Origin: Desulfotalea psychrophila LSv54 | Lineage (GTDB): Bacteria; Desulfobacterota; Desulfobulbia; Desulfobulbales; Desulfocapsaceae | Direction: 5' to 3' | NCBI RefSeq assembly: GCF_000025945.1 | Contig: NC_006138.1 | Coordinates: 1,800,001-1,832,000 of the forward strand | DNA: 32,000 nt | Shown here: one piece after another, positions 1-9,018 of the stretch | Position numbering within the stretch: position 1 is the stretch's first letter | Layout of the letters: each line of letters opens with the position of its first letter | Translations under genes and position numbers: made by a program | The notes under the pieces: generated by a model | Told to the model about the DNA's origin: nothing | Databases searched by the model: none | Seen by the model: only the letters and a program-made list of their open reading frames with translations

Positions 1-2
1 AG

Positions 3-218
3 GGCTGTACCGTCAGTGGTTGTACCGTCCACTTTGCCAATGAGGTCTATGACGAGGGCCCCATTATTTTGCAAAAGTCCGTGGCCCTTGATTATGATGA
101 TGAGCCCAGTGATATTGCCTCCAGGGTTTTTGACGCGGAGTGTGAGGCCTTTCCCGAGGCTATTAACCGGGTAGATGAGCTTGGTATCGACTTTTTCTGG
201 AAGAGGAGCGGAAAATGA
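3..218 (+). CDS. purN: Phosphoribosylglycinamide formyltransferase, C-terminal fragment (5' truncated by window edge)
   Basis: Open frame from base 3 to TGA 216-218, manually translated: GCTVSGCTVHFANEVYDEGPIILQKSVAL...IDFFWKRSGK. The 'GCTVHF..E.YDEGPIILQ' block is characteristic of PurN. Not in the ORF track because it has no start codon. Overlaps pyrR start by 4 nt (ATGA). Confidence 0.85.
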   Translation, partial: GCTVSGCTVHFANEVYDEGPIILQKSVALDYDDEPSDIASRVFDAECEAFPEAINRVDELGIDFFWKRSGK

Positions 219-751
219 GAGAGCAGAAGCGAATTTTGATGCAGGCCCAGGATATTGATATGGCTCTTGAGCGTATCTCTTTGCAAATTCTGGAAAAAAA
301 CAAAAACAGAGAGCATCTTGCTGTTATTGGGATTCATACCTGTGGTGTCCACCTCGGTCGCCGTATTCATGCCCTGCTCTCCGAAAAACTTGGCCGTAAG
401 ATTCCCTTTGGTAGTCTCGATATTAATCTGTATCGTGATGACTGGAGTCTTGTCAGTCAAAATCCCGTGGTTAAGACCACCAATCTGCCCTTTGAGGTTG
501 ATGGTACTACTATTATTCTTGTCGATGATGTGATCTTCTCTGGCAGGACTGTCCGGGCGGGGATGGATGCTATTTTTGATTACGGCAGACCGGCAAGTCT
601 GCAGTTGGCGACCCTTATTGATCGGGGTGAACGCGAGTTACCCATCTCTCCCGACTATGTGGGAATGGCTACGGAGATACTGCCTCAGGAGCGTATCGAG
701 GTGGTTGTGGATGGGGAGAACAACTGTATTGAGGTGGTGGTGGAAAGTTAA
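215..751 (+). CDS. pyrR: PyrR bifunctional pyrimidine operon regulator / uracil phosphoribosyltransferase
   Basis: 178 aa; PRPP-binding motif 'TIILVDDVIFSGRTVRAG' and 'VIGIHTCGVHLGRRI'. Confidence 0.93.
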   Translation: MREQKRILMQAQDIDMALERISLQILEKNKNREHLAVIGIHTCGVHLGRRIHALLSEKLGRKIPFGSLDINLYRDDWSLVSQNPVVKTTNLPFEVDGTTIILVDDVIFSGRTVRAGMDAIFDYGRPASLQLATLIDRGERELPISPDYVGMATEILPQERIEVVVDGENNCIEVVVES

Positions 752-880
752 TTGCATTTTTTTTCCAGGAACCACTTATCAATAGCACGACATGTACTAT
801 AGTGTATGTCGTGCTATTTTCGTTTAAAAAAACATTTATATAATATGTACGCCTCTGGCGAATAGGAATAGAGATAAATC

Positions 881-3229
881 ATGGAGCTTCTTGCGCCTGT
901 TGGCAATATCCAAAATTTTCACGTAGCCCTCGAGAGTGGTGCCGATGCGGTTTATGTCGGGGCCCCTGGTCTTAATGCCAGGACCTTGGCACGGGATGTC
1001 AGTTTAGAAGAGATCGCGGCAATGATTGAATACTGTCATGACCGGGATAAAAAACTGTATGTTGCTGCAAATAGCCTGGTCCTTGAAAAGGAGCTTGATA
1101 CTGTTATTGATAGCTTGGCTATTCTTGAAGCCCTGAAACCGGATGGTTTGATTGTGCAGGATATGGGCGTTGTCCGTCTTATTCGTGATTATTTTCCCAA
1201 GATTCATATCCACGGTTCTACCCTCACCACTGCCCATAATTCGGACTCCGTTCGTTTTATGGAACGTCTGGGTTGTGACCGGGTTGTGCTTGCTCGTGAG
1301 CTTACCCTGAAAGAGATTGAGACCATTGCTCAAAAAAGAGGGAAGGCTGAACTTGAGGTCTTTATTCATGGCGCCATGTGTTTTTCCTATTCCGGACTCT
1401 GTCTTTTTTCCTCCTATCTTGGCGGTAAGTCAGGTCTTCGTGGTCGTTGTGTTCAACCCTGTCGTCGAGGTTATCGCTTAGGAAGCCAGAAGGCCGTTGC
1501 TCTTGATGGTAAGGGTAGTCGTGGTCCTAAGGGACTCAAGGGACGTGGTGGTCAGAAGCAAAATGTTGCGGGACGTGGTGGATCAAGTAGGTCAGAGTAT
1601 CTCTTTTCCATGAACGATCTCTCCGGTCTTGAGGTTGTCCCTGCCCTGCGTGATATGGGCATTGCCTCACTTAAGATTGAAGGTCGTTTGCGTTCTGCCC
1701 ACTATGTTGAACACATCGTCCGTGCCTATCGTCTGATGATGGATGCAACTCCGGAAAATGTAGAGACGGTACTGCCCGAGGCCCAGAAACTTGCAGAACA
1801 GGCCATGAGCCGTAAGATAAGTCCCGGATATTTTTTATCACCCCAGCCTGCCGAGGCCATAAGCCATCTGCACTCCGGAAATATGGGCCTGCATCTTGGC
1901 CGTTTTACCAAAATTGATGGCGGAGAGAAAGCTCCCAGTGCCCGTTTTCGTCTTAAGGAAAATGTGGGTCTGGGCGATCGTCTCCGTCTCCATATTGAGC
2001 CGGGTGGCGAGCGCATTGCCTTTTCCCTTAAGGAACTTTTTGGTGAGAGGAATAAGTCGGTTGCAAGGGGCCTTGCCGGTGAGAGTGTTAAAATTAACCT
2101 ACCCGTAGATTTGCTCAAGCACCGTGTCGGTAGCTGCGATGTCTATAAGGTTGATGCTAAATCTACCATTGAGGTGGCAAAAACCTTGCCTCTTGGCTCT
2201 AAGAAAGAGGAAATTGAGACCATTTTTGCCAAGAGGCGTTCTCTTATCTTCGATGCCCGTAGTGACTCTTTGGCTGAAATAGAGCCCATTCCCGTTTTGG
2301 CAGAGGATGATCTGTCGCGACCCTCTACTCTGAAGCTGACTAAAAGGTCTTTTAAGCAGTCAAGGGTAAGTCGTAGTAAGCGGGCCGTGCAGGAGACTAA
2401 TTTGCACAAGCAGCTCAAGCTTCCCTTTGAGTGGTGGCTCCGTCTTGACTCAGCAAAAACAGTGCTCAGTCCTCTACCGTTTACCCCCGATCGATTTTTG
2501 CTCTCTCTCGATAAGGCCATGGTGCGTCAGGCCTCTCAGATAAAGAAGTATTTAGGGACGCGGTCTCGTCAGGTTATCTGGGCGCTTCCTCCTGTTGTTA
2601 TGGAAAATGATCTGGGCAGAATGCGTAAGAATATTCAGCTATTGATTTCCTCTGGTTATAGAAGCTTTCAGATTTCCAATATGAGTCAACTGGAATTTTT
2701 TGGCCGGGAAAAGGTGCATCTCTATGGAGATTACACCTTGAATTTGCTCAATACTCAATCTCTTATGCTGGCCTCGCAGATAGGCTTTGAGTCGGTGCAA
2801 TTTTCCATCGAAACAGATAGGGAAAACCTGTATAATAGTCTTGCCAGTTATCGTGAGCTTACTTCTGCCCATAAGCTTGGTGCTGAGGTGCCTAAGATTC
2901 CTATTGGTCTTACTGTTTATGGTGCTCCGCCACTCTATACTTCGCGCCTTGCCTCTTCTCATTTTAATTTTGATCGAGAGGTGTTGAGTCCCAAGAACGA
3001 AGGTTTTGTCATACGAAAGCGTGATGGATTTACCCAGACCTATCCAACCAGACCATTCTCGCTTATTCCTTATATGCGCGATTTAAAGGAGTTGGGCGTG
3101 AACTATGTGGTGATGGATCTTTGTGGTTCAGGCAGGGGCTCCAAGGAGGTGGAGGAGTTGGCTGGTCGTCTTGCCGGTGGCAGAGGTAGCAAATTGCCGA
3201 CCTTTAATTATTTGGGCGAATTGCAATAG
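881..3229 (+). CDS. Peptidase U32 family protein (YdcP/RlhA-like long form)
   Basis: 782 aa; 'MELLAPVGNIQNFHVALESGADAVYVGAPGLNAR', 'EVFIHGAMCFSYSGLCLFSS', 'CVQPCRRGY', 'LKIEGRLRSAHYV' are U32 hallmarks; long C-terminal extension as in RlhA/YdcP-type proteins. Confidence 0.88.
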   Translation: MELLAPVGNIQNFHVALESGADAVYVGAPGLNARTLARDVSLEEIAAMIEYCHDRDKKLYVAANSLVLEKELDTVIDSLAILEALKPDGLIVQDMGVVRLIRDYFPKIHIHGSTLTTAHNSDSVRFMERLGCDRVVLARELTLKEIETIAQKRGKAELEVFIHGAMCFSYSGLCLFSSYLGGKSGLRGRCVQPCRRGYRLGSQKAVALDGKGSRGPKGLKGRGGQKQNVAGRGGSSRSEYLFSMNDLSGLEVVPALRDMGIASLKIEGRLRSAHYVEHIVRAYRLMMDATPENVETVLPEAQKLAEQAMSRKISPGYFLSPQPAEAISHLHSGNMGLHLGRFTKIDGGEKAPSARFRLKENVGLGDRLRLHIEPGGERIAFSLKELFGERNKSVARGLAGESVKINLPVDLLKHRVGSCDVYKVDAKSTIEVAKTLPLGSKKEEIETIFAKRRSLIFDARSDSLAEIEPIPVLAEDDLSRPSTLKLTKRSFKQSRVSRSKRAVQETNLHKQLKLPFEWWLRLDSAKTVLSPLPFTPDRFLLSLDKAMVRQASQIKKYLGTRSRQVIWALPPVVMENDLGRMRKNIQLLISSGYRSFQISNMSQLEFFGREKVHLYGDYTLNLLNTQSLMLASQIGFESVQFSIETDRENLYNSLASYRELTSAHKLGAEVPKIPIGLTVYGAPPLYTSRLASSHFNFDREVLSPKNEGFVIRKRDGFTQTYPTRPFSLIPYMRDLKELGVNYVVMDLCGSGRGSKEVEELAGRLAGGRGSKLPTFNYLGELQ

Positions 3230-3311
3230 TATGTTGTTAGAATAAAAGAGGTAGAAAGAGCCTGTAATCTGTGATATCTGAGGAGTCTTGCTTGGTAAAA
3301 CGAAAGTTTTA

Positions 3312-3340
3312 TTGACTTTCAGAACCGCGCATATTATAAG
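3312..3340 (+). promoter_or_regulatory. Candidate sigma70 promoter for rpsT
   Basis: TTGACT (3312-3317), 17-nt spacer, TATAAG (3335-3340). Confidence 0.5.
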
Positions 3341-3452
3341 GAGCACTCTTTCGTAGAAATCCACTGTCCGCACTCTCTGGTCGAGACAGTTAAATGAATT
3401 TATTATTGTTTTACCAGTCGCATTGGTGAGTAAAAACAAAAGGAGTTAATTC

Positions 3453-3722
3453 GTGGCTAATCATAAATCAGCTGAGAAAAGAAACCGTCAGAATCAAGTC
3501 GCTCGTTTGCGTAACAAAAGCACCAGAACTGCTATGAAAAATAGTGTTCGTAAACTTGATGAGGCTCTGGAAGCTGGTGTTGAAGCTGACACCGCTGAGG
3601 CTCTCAGAGGCGCTATCTCTCGTATTGCTAAGACCGCAAGCAAGGGAGTTATTCACAAGAAGACTGCTTCACGCAAGATCTCTCGCTTAACCAAGCGTGT
3701 GAATGCCCTCGTTGCTGCTTAG
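3453..3722 (+). CDS. rpsT: 30S ribosomal protein S20 (GTG start)
   Basis: 89 aa 'MANHKSAEKRNRQNQVARLRNKSTRTAMKNSVRKL...VIHKKTASRKISRLTKRVNAL'; SD AAAAGGAG upstream of GTG. Confidence 0.97.
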   Translation: MANHKSAEKRNRQNQVARLRNKSTRTAMKNSVRKLDEALEAGVEADTAEALRGAISRIAKTASKGVIHKKTASRKISRLTKRVNALVAA

Positions 3723-3750
3723 TCAGCACGTGTAGCTTTGTTGTAAGAAG

Positions 3751-3785
3751 GGGACACAGGCCATTTGGTCTGTGTCCCTTTTTTT
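3751..3785 (+). terminator. Rho-independent terminator of rpsT
   Basis: GGGACACAG(GCC)ATTT(GGT)CTGTGTCCC followed by seven T's; 9 bp perfect stem plus inner pairs. Confidence 0.92.
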
Positions 3786-3796
3786 ATGCCCTGCAT

Positions 3797-3821
3797 GTTT
3801 CTACATGTAGAAACGTTTTTT
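3797..3821 (+). promoter_or_regulatory. Perfect 18-bp palindrome followed by T-rich run, upstream of trpE
   Basis: GTTTCTACA|TGTAGAAAC (3797-3814) followed by GTTTTTT (3815-3821). Confidence 0.6.
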
Positions 3822-3844
3822 GTAGCTTTATTTTTCCTACAGCG

Positions 3845-3850
3845 TATACT
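3845..3850 (+). promoter_or_regulatory. Candidate -10 box of the trpEGDCF promoter (weak -35)
   Basis: TATACT at 3845-3850; best -35 is TTGTAG (3820-3825) at 19 nt spacing. Confidence 0.4.
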
Positions 3851-3915
3851 GTTGAGAGTAGGTAAGTGGTTGTGAGGCGCTATTCATAAAAAACAGAGTA
3901 GAGAAGGGCAGGATT

Positions 3916-5412
3916 ATGAGAACGTTTTTTCCCGATTATACGGGCTTTAAGGATTTGCTGGCCACATCGAAGTTGTTGCCGGTATGCTGTGAGGTGGTGG
4001 CTGATTTGGATACTCCCCTAACCCTTTTTGCCAAGGTTGTTGGGGAGCAAGACCATCTCTTTCTCTTTGAGAGTATGGAGGGCGGGGAGAAGTGGGGGCG
4101 TTATTCTTTTATCGGTTATGATCCCCTGATGACCTTTCAGTCGAAGGGGGAGGATATCTCTATTGTTGATCATCGTAGCGGTGATGCCATTCCTCTCACC
4201 AGTTCTGGAAATCCGCTCATGGCCATTAAGCATATGCTTCACTCTCTTCAGGCAGCATCTCCTGTCGGGCTTCCTCCCTTTAGTGGCGGTGCCGTTGGCT
4301 TTATGGGCTATGAGATGGTGCGCTTTATGGAGAATCTTCCCGATGAGAGGGAGGCGGTGGCAACCCCAGATTCGTCGCTTATGGTGCCCCGTATTGTTCT
4401 GGCCCATGATAGCCTTCGCCAGACGGTGACCATTGTCTCCTGGGTTGTGGTGGATGACTCCGGTCGGGCAGGAGAAAAATATGAGCAGGCCTGTCAGGAT
4501 CTGGAAGAGATAGCAGGGAAAATTCAAGGCTCTGTGCCCGCTGATTTTTTTGCGGCAACGGACACAGGCTGTCAGCCCCATGAGTTTCAGTCTAATGTGA
4601 GCAGGGATGCGTTTTGTCAGATGGTTGAGAGAGCAAAGGAATATATTTACTCAGGTGATATTATTCAGATAGTTCTTTCACAACGTTTTGAAACGCATAC
4701 TGTTATCGATCCCCTGGTGCTCTATCGCGCTCTACGCCATATCAATCCCAGCCCCTATCTCTTTTATCTTCAGCTCGGAGATGTTGTCCAGATAGGTTCC
4801 TCCCCGGAAATTTTGGTGAAAAAACATGGGCAGACCGTCGATCTTCGCCCCATTGCCGGTACCCGAAAACGTGGCGGGACGGTTACGGAGGATCAGGCCC
4901 TTGAGCGGGAACTTCTAGCCGATCCTAAGGAGAGGGCGGAGCATCTGATGTTGGTGGATCTGGGCCGTAATGATCTGGGCCGTATTGCCAAAGCCGGTAC
5001 TGTTTCTGTTGATGACCTATTGCTGGTGGAGCGCTATAGCCATGTGATGCATCTTGTCTCCAGTGTTCAGGGAAAAATTGCCGAGGATAAGGATCAGTTT
5101 GACCTGCTCTCCGCCTGCTTTCCTGCCGGCACCGTTTCCGGTGCCCCTAAGATCAGGGCAATGGAGATTATAGATGAGCTGGAGTCGGAAAAACGGGGCG
5201 CCTATGCAGGTTCCGTCGGTTATTTTGGCTTTTCCGGTAATATGGATTTTTGTATTACCATTCGCACCTTTGTCCTGCATGGTGGGGTGCTGTGGATTCA
5301 GGCGGGGGCGGGTATTGTTGCCGATTCTGTGCCGGAGTTGGAGTATGAAGAGACGATTAATAAATCCATGGCCCTGCGTCGGGCCATTGAGCTTGTTGAA
5401 GAGGGCTTCTAG
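3916..5412 (+). CDS. trpE: Anthranilate synthase component I
   Basis: 498 aa; chorismate-binding motifs 'DIIQIVLSQRFE', 'IAGTRKRG', 'ELLADPKERAEHLMLVDLGRNDLGR', 'AGTVSGAPKIRAMEIIDELE', 'IQAGAGIVADSVPELEYEE'. Confidence 0.96.
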   Translation: MRTFFPDYTGFKDLLATSKLLPVCCEVVADLDTPLTLFAKVVGEQDHLFLFESMEGGEKWGRYSFIGYDPLMTFQSKGEDISIVDHRSGDAIPLTSSGNPLMAIKHMLHSLQAASPVGLPPFSGGAVGFMGYEMVRFMENLPDEREAVATPDSSLMVPRIVLAHDSLRQTVTIVSWVVVDDSGRAGEKYEQACQDLEEIAGKIQGSVPADFFAATDTGCQPHEFQSNVSRDAFCQMVERAKEYIYSGDIIQIVLSQRFETHTVIDPLVLYRALRHINPSPYLFYLQLGDVVQIGSSPEILVKKHGQTVDLRPIAGTRKRGGTVTEDQALERELLADPKERAEHLMLVDLGRNDLGRIAKAGTVSVDDLLLVERYSHVMHLVSSVQGKIAEDKDQFDLLSACFPAGTVSGAPKIRAMEIIDELESEKRGAYAGSVGYFGFSGNMDFCITIRTFVLHGGVLWIQAGAGIVADSVPELEYEETINKSMALRRAIELVEEGF

Positions 5413-5444
5413 CCTTGTGCCCAGCGAAAAAAAAGGAGAGGCCT

Positions 5445-6056
5445 ATGCTTGTTGTCATCGATAACTACGATTCATTTACCTATAATATTGTCCAGACCAT
5501 TGCCGCCAATAGCCTGGCTGAGGGCCGTCAGGAGGATATTAGGGTCTATCGTAATGACCAGATCACCGTGGCGGAAATTGAGGCTCTTAAGCCCGATCGT
5601 CTGCTTATTTCGCCGGGACCATGTTCTCCAGATAAGGCGGGGATTTCCGTTGCGGCAATCAGGCATTTTGCCGGTAAGATCCCTATTCTTGGAGTCTGTC
5701 TTGGTCATCAGTCTATTGCCGAGGCCTTTGGCGGTCGGGTTGTTCGGGCAGAGCGTTTGATGCACGGGAAGACCTCCCCCATGAGCCATGATGGCAGGGG
5801 TATTTTTGTAGGCCTTGCCAGTCCCTTTGCTGGGATGCGTTACCACTCCCTGCTTGTTGAAGAGAGGGGACTGCCGGATTGTTTGGAGATTAGCTGTCGT
5901 AGTGATCAGGGTGAGTTGATGGCTATGCGTCATCGGGACTATAAGATAGAGGGGGTGCAGTTTCATCCCGAGTCTATTATGACCCCTGCCGGTGTTCAGT
6001 TGCTGGCTAATTTTATGTCAGCTGATTATGAGAAAAACTATCCGCAGGAGAGATAA
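5445..6056 (+). CDS. trpG: Anthranilate synthase component II (glutamine amidotransferase)
   Basis: 'MLVVIDNYDSFTYNIVQ', 'ISPGPCSPDKAGIS', 'ILGVCLGHQSIAEAFGG', 'GVQFHPESIMTPAG'. ORF track starts at 5415; the ATG at 5445 (MLVVIDNYDSFTYN) fits family N-termini better. Confidence 0.94.
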   Translation: MLVVIDNYDSFTYNIVQTIAANSLAEGRQEDIRVYRNDQITVAEIEALKPDRLLISPGPCSPDKAGISVAAIRHFAGKIPILGVCLGHQSIAEAFGGRVVRAERLMHGKTSPMSHDGRGIFVGLASPFAGMRYHSLLVEERGLPDCLEISCRSDQGELMAMRHRDYKIEGVQFHPESIMTPAGVQLLANFMSADYEKNYPQER

Positions 6057-6059
6057 CCT

Positions 6060-7106
6060 GTGGCTGTAACTCTTGGGAAAAATAATATGAATATACGACA
6101 GGCAATTGCCCGGGTGGTGACAGGTGCTGATTTGAGCGAGAGCGAAATGATGGCAAGTATGGAGGAGGTGATGTCCGGGCAGGCGAGCCCTGCTCAGATT
6201 GCCTCTTTTATTACCGCTCTGCGGATGAAGGGCGAGGCGGTGGAGGAGATTGTTGGCGCTGTTCGGGTCATGCGGGATAAGGCTACCTTTATTGATTGCG
6301 GTTTGGGCCCCGATGATATCTTGATGGATATTGTCGGTACCGGCGGTGATGGTGCCGATACCTTTAATGTCTCCACCACCACCTCCTTTGTGGTGGCGGC
6401 GGCGGGAGTAGCCGTTGCCAAACATGGTAACCGAGCCGTCTCCTCCAGATGTGGGAGTGCCGATGTCCTTGAGGCCCTCGGCGTTGATCTCTCTCTCGAT
6501 CCCGCAACGGTTGCTCGTTCTGTGCAGGAGATAGGGATAGGTTTTCTCTTTGCCCCCCTGCTACATGCGGCGATGAAGCATGCCATTGTCCCACGTCGTG
6601 AAATGGGTATTCGTACCATCTTTAATATTCTTGGCCCCCTGACTAATCCAGCCGGGGCCAATGTTCAGTTGATTGGCGTTTTTGAGCGGAGCCTGACCAC
6701 GGTTTTGGCCGAGGTGCTTCTGCGTCTTGGTGAAAGGCGGAGCTTGGTGGTCTGGGGTGAGGGTAATATGGACGAGATGACGGTTACCGGCACCTCCTAT
6801 ATTGCCGATGCCCACGATGGCAGAGTGACAAGCTATGCCGTTGAGCCCGAGGATGTTGGTCTGGCCCGCGCTGCTGTGGCCGATATCAGCGGTGGCCGGA
6901 CCCCTGAGGAGTCGGCTCAACAGGTCCGCGCTGTCCTTGCCGGGGAGAAGGGTGCACGTCTTGATATGGTGCTTCTCAATGCCGGTGCGGCCTTGCTTGC
7001 CGCAGGCAGGGTGGAAACTATTGTCGAGGGCGTTGTTATGGCCCGGGATGTTGTTGAATCGGGAGCTGCTCTTAAGAAGCTGGGGCAGTTGGTCGCTTTC
7101 AGGTAA
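6060..7106 (+). CDS. trpD: Anthranilate phosphoribosyltransferase
   Basis: 348 aa; 'DIVGTGGDGADTFNVSTTTSFVVAAAGVAVAKHGNRAVSSRCGSADVLEALG', 'NILGPLTNPAGA'. Confidence 0.96.
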   Translation: MAVTLGKNNMNIRQAIARVVTGADLSESEMMASMEEVMSGQASPAQIASFITALRMKGEAVEEIVGAVRVMRDKATFIDCGLGPDDILMDIVGTGGDGADTFNVSTTTSFVVAAAGVAVAKHGNRAVSSRCGSADVLEALGVDLSLDPATVARSVQEIGIGFLFAPLLHAAMKHAIVPRREMGIRTIFNILGPLTNPAGANVQLIGVFERSLTTVLAEVLLRLGERRSLVVWGEGNMDEMTVTGTSYIADAHDGRVTSYAVEPEDVGLARAAVADISGGRTPEESAQQVRAVLAGEKGARLDMVLLNAGAALLAAGRVETIVEGVVMARDVVESGAALKKLGQLVAFR

Positions 7107-7212
7107 TTTTTTTTCAGGCGCCTCGGAGTCGGGGCTTACCTGATTTTTATTGAAAAGCCAAATTTTTTTAAAGCACCTATTGAGTAGAGAAGCTCACTAG
7201 AGGAAAGAAGAT

Positions 7213-7995
7213 ATGTCGGATATACTGGATAGAATTGTGGCAAGAAAGCACGAGGAGGTGGCCCAGCTCAGGCGGGATGGGATATCTCTGCCCGAGGAAT
7301 TTGCAGAAAAGAGGCCGGCCCCTCCCCGGGGATTTCGGCAGAGCCTGCTCAGCCATCAGGGGCTCTCTATTATTGCCGAGGCGAAAAAGGCCTCGCCTTC
7401 AAAGGGGCTTATCTGTGAGGATTTTGATCCGGTGGCTATCGCTAAAAATTATGAACGTTGTGGTGTTCAGGCAATCTCTGTGCTGACGGATCGTGATTTT
7501 TTTCAGGGTGATCTCCGTTATCTGCTGCAGGTACGTGAGGCTGTGGGCCTGCCTGTCTTGAGAAAAGATTTTATTATAGACGAGTTGCAGCTAAAAGAGG
7601 CCTCGCTCTACGGAGCCGATGCCATCCTTCTCATTGCTGCCATCCTCGATGAGGCTCAGCTGCGTGATTATAGATGCTATGCCGAGGAGCTTGGTATGGA
7701 CTCTCTGGTGGAGGTGCACGACGAGGAGGAAACGGAGAAGGCCCTTGCCTCCGGTTGTAATCTTCTTGGGGTAAATAACAGAAATTTAAAAGATTTTAGT
7801 GTTGATGTTGAGACGACCTTCCGTATTCGGAAAATGGTGCCGATAGAAATTCCTCTGGTCAGTGAATCCGGTCTTAAGGAGGCTGCCGATCTGCGCAGGC
7901 TTGCAGAGGCAGGTGTCTGTGCCGCCCTCATCGGTGAAACCCTGATGCGGATGGGCAGTGCCGGCGATGTTCTGGCAGAGCTCTGGAGACCGTGA
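7213..7995 (+). CDS. trpC: Indole-3-glycerol phosphate synthase
   Basis: 260 aa; 'IIAEAKKASPSKGLI', 'VLTDRDFFQGDLRYL', 'VLRKDFIIDELQL', 'LGVNNRNLKDFSVD'. Confidence 0.95.
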   Translation: MSDILDRIVARKHEEVAQLRRDGISLPEEFAEKRPAPPRGFRQSLLSHQGLSIIAEAKKASPSKGLICEDFDPVAIAKNYERCGVQAISVLTDRDFFQGDLRYLLQVREAVGLPVLRKDFIIDELQLKEASLYGADAILLIAAILDEAQLRDYRCYAEELGMDSLVEVHDEEETEKALASGCNLLGVNNRNLKDFSVDVETTFRIRKMVPIEIPLVSESGLKEAADLRRLAEAGVCAALIGETLMRMGSAGDVLAELWRP

Positions 7996-8648
7996 TGGGC
8001 GAAAGGATGCAGGCCAGAATCCGAGTAAAATTTTGTGGCACCACCTCTGTTGAAGGAGCCTTGGCTGCCGTGGCTGCCGGGGCTGATGCCCTGGGCTTCA
8101 TCTTTGCCCCTGGCAGTAAACGTTATATCGATCCGTATGTTGCCCGGGAAATAATAGCTCGGCTACCTCCCTTTGTTGATCGGGTCGGTGTTTTTGTTGA
8201 CGAGGATGTGCAGAGGGTGGTTGCCATAGCCCGGCTCTGCTCTCTCTCCTATGTGCAGTTACACGGAACAGAAAATCCGGACTATTGTCGGCAACTGCGG
8301 ACGGATGAGAACTTTTGTGCAGGTATTATTAAGGCGTTTCGGGTGTCAGAGAGTAGCGAGGCAGGGGATATTCAGCCCTATGAATCCCTGGTCGATGCCT
8401 ATCTGCTCGACACCTACAGGCAGGGTATGGCTGGAGGTACAGGCAAGGTCTTTGACTGGGGCTTAATAGAGGGGCTCCGGCTGGCAAGGCCCCTTATTCT
8501 TGCCGGTGGCCTGGATGCGGGAAATATTGCTGCGGCCATTGCCCAAGTGGTGCCCTATGCCGTTGACCTTAACTCAGGGGTGGAGATCTCGCCCGGGATA
8601 AAGGATCCTGCTAAGGTGGAGGCGATCATGGCGCAGATAAGAGGATAG
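7992..8648 (+). CDS. trpF: Phosphoribosylanthranilate isomerase
   Basis: 218 aa; 'VKFCGTTSVEGALAAVAAGADALGFIFAPGSKRYI', 'VQLHGTE', 'ILAGGLDAGNI', 'VDLNSGVEISPGIKD'. Overlaps trpC by 4 nt. Upstream-most M may not be the true start. Confidence 0.94.
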   Translation: MMGERMQARIRVKFCGTTSVEGALAAVAAGADALGFIFAPGSKRYIDPYVAREIIARLPPFVDRVGVFVDEDVQRVVAIARLCSLSYVQLHGTENPDYCRQLRTDENFCAGIIKAFRVSESSEAGDIQPYESLVDAYLLDTYRQGMAGGTGKVFDWGLIEGLRLARPLILAGGLDAGNIAAAIAQVVPYAVDLNSGVEISPGIKDPAKVEAIMAQIRG

Positions 8649-8986
8649 TACATCATAATTCTTAAATTTTTGGGTAGAGTCGGTTCAGTTTTACTCGTGC
8701 ATCATCGGTGCGGAATAGCTGTAGCAGTGGAGTAGCAAGCTGTAAGCCATTAGCTGACAGAAAGAGCATTAGCAAAAGCGTTAATCGAGGATACAAAAGT
8801 GTCTCGTGTTTCGTATCTCGTGTTCTCGGCTACTAGTAGTGAAAGCTCATGCCTCCGCCGACTCACTGTTCGCATCACTCTTGCCTAGCCAACATAAGAA
8901 ACTATAAAAATGGAAAGAGAACGTAATAACTTTTAAATATTTTTTCTTTGTATCTTGCAAGCAGCAGTTAATTGCTTTTTTCTTAA

Positions 8987-9018
8987 AGCTGATAGCTGAT
9001 AGCTGATAGCTGATAGCT
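8987..9018. repeat. 7-bp tandem repeat (AGCTGAT)x4.6
   Basis: AGCTGAT AGCTGAT AGCTGAT AGCTGAT AGCT at 8987-9018, running into the stop codon (9017-9019) of the adjacent minus-strand CDS. Confidence 0.95.

Noticed and set aside
92-460. 122-aa minus-strand ORF overlapping purN/pyrR
   Set aside because: Antisense to two clearly conserved genes; low-complexity Ser-rich translation.
3128-3439. 103-aa minus-strand ORF upstream of rpsT
   Set aside because: Covers the U32 gene 3' end and rpsT promoter; translation has no recognisable protein character.
3846-3915. Trp leader-peptide attenuator before trpE
   Set aside because: No short ORF with tandem Trp codons and no terminator between the candidate -10 and trpE.
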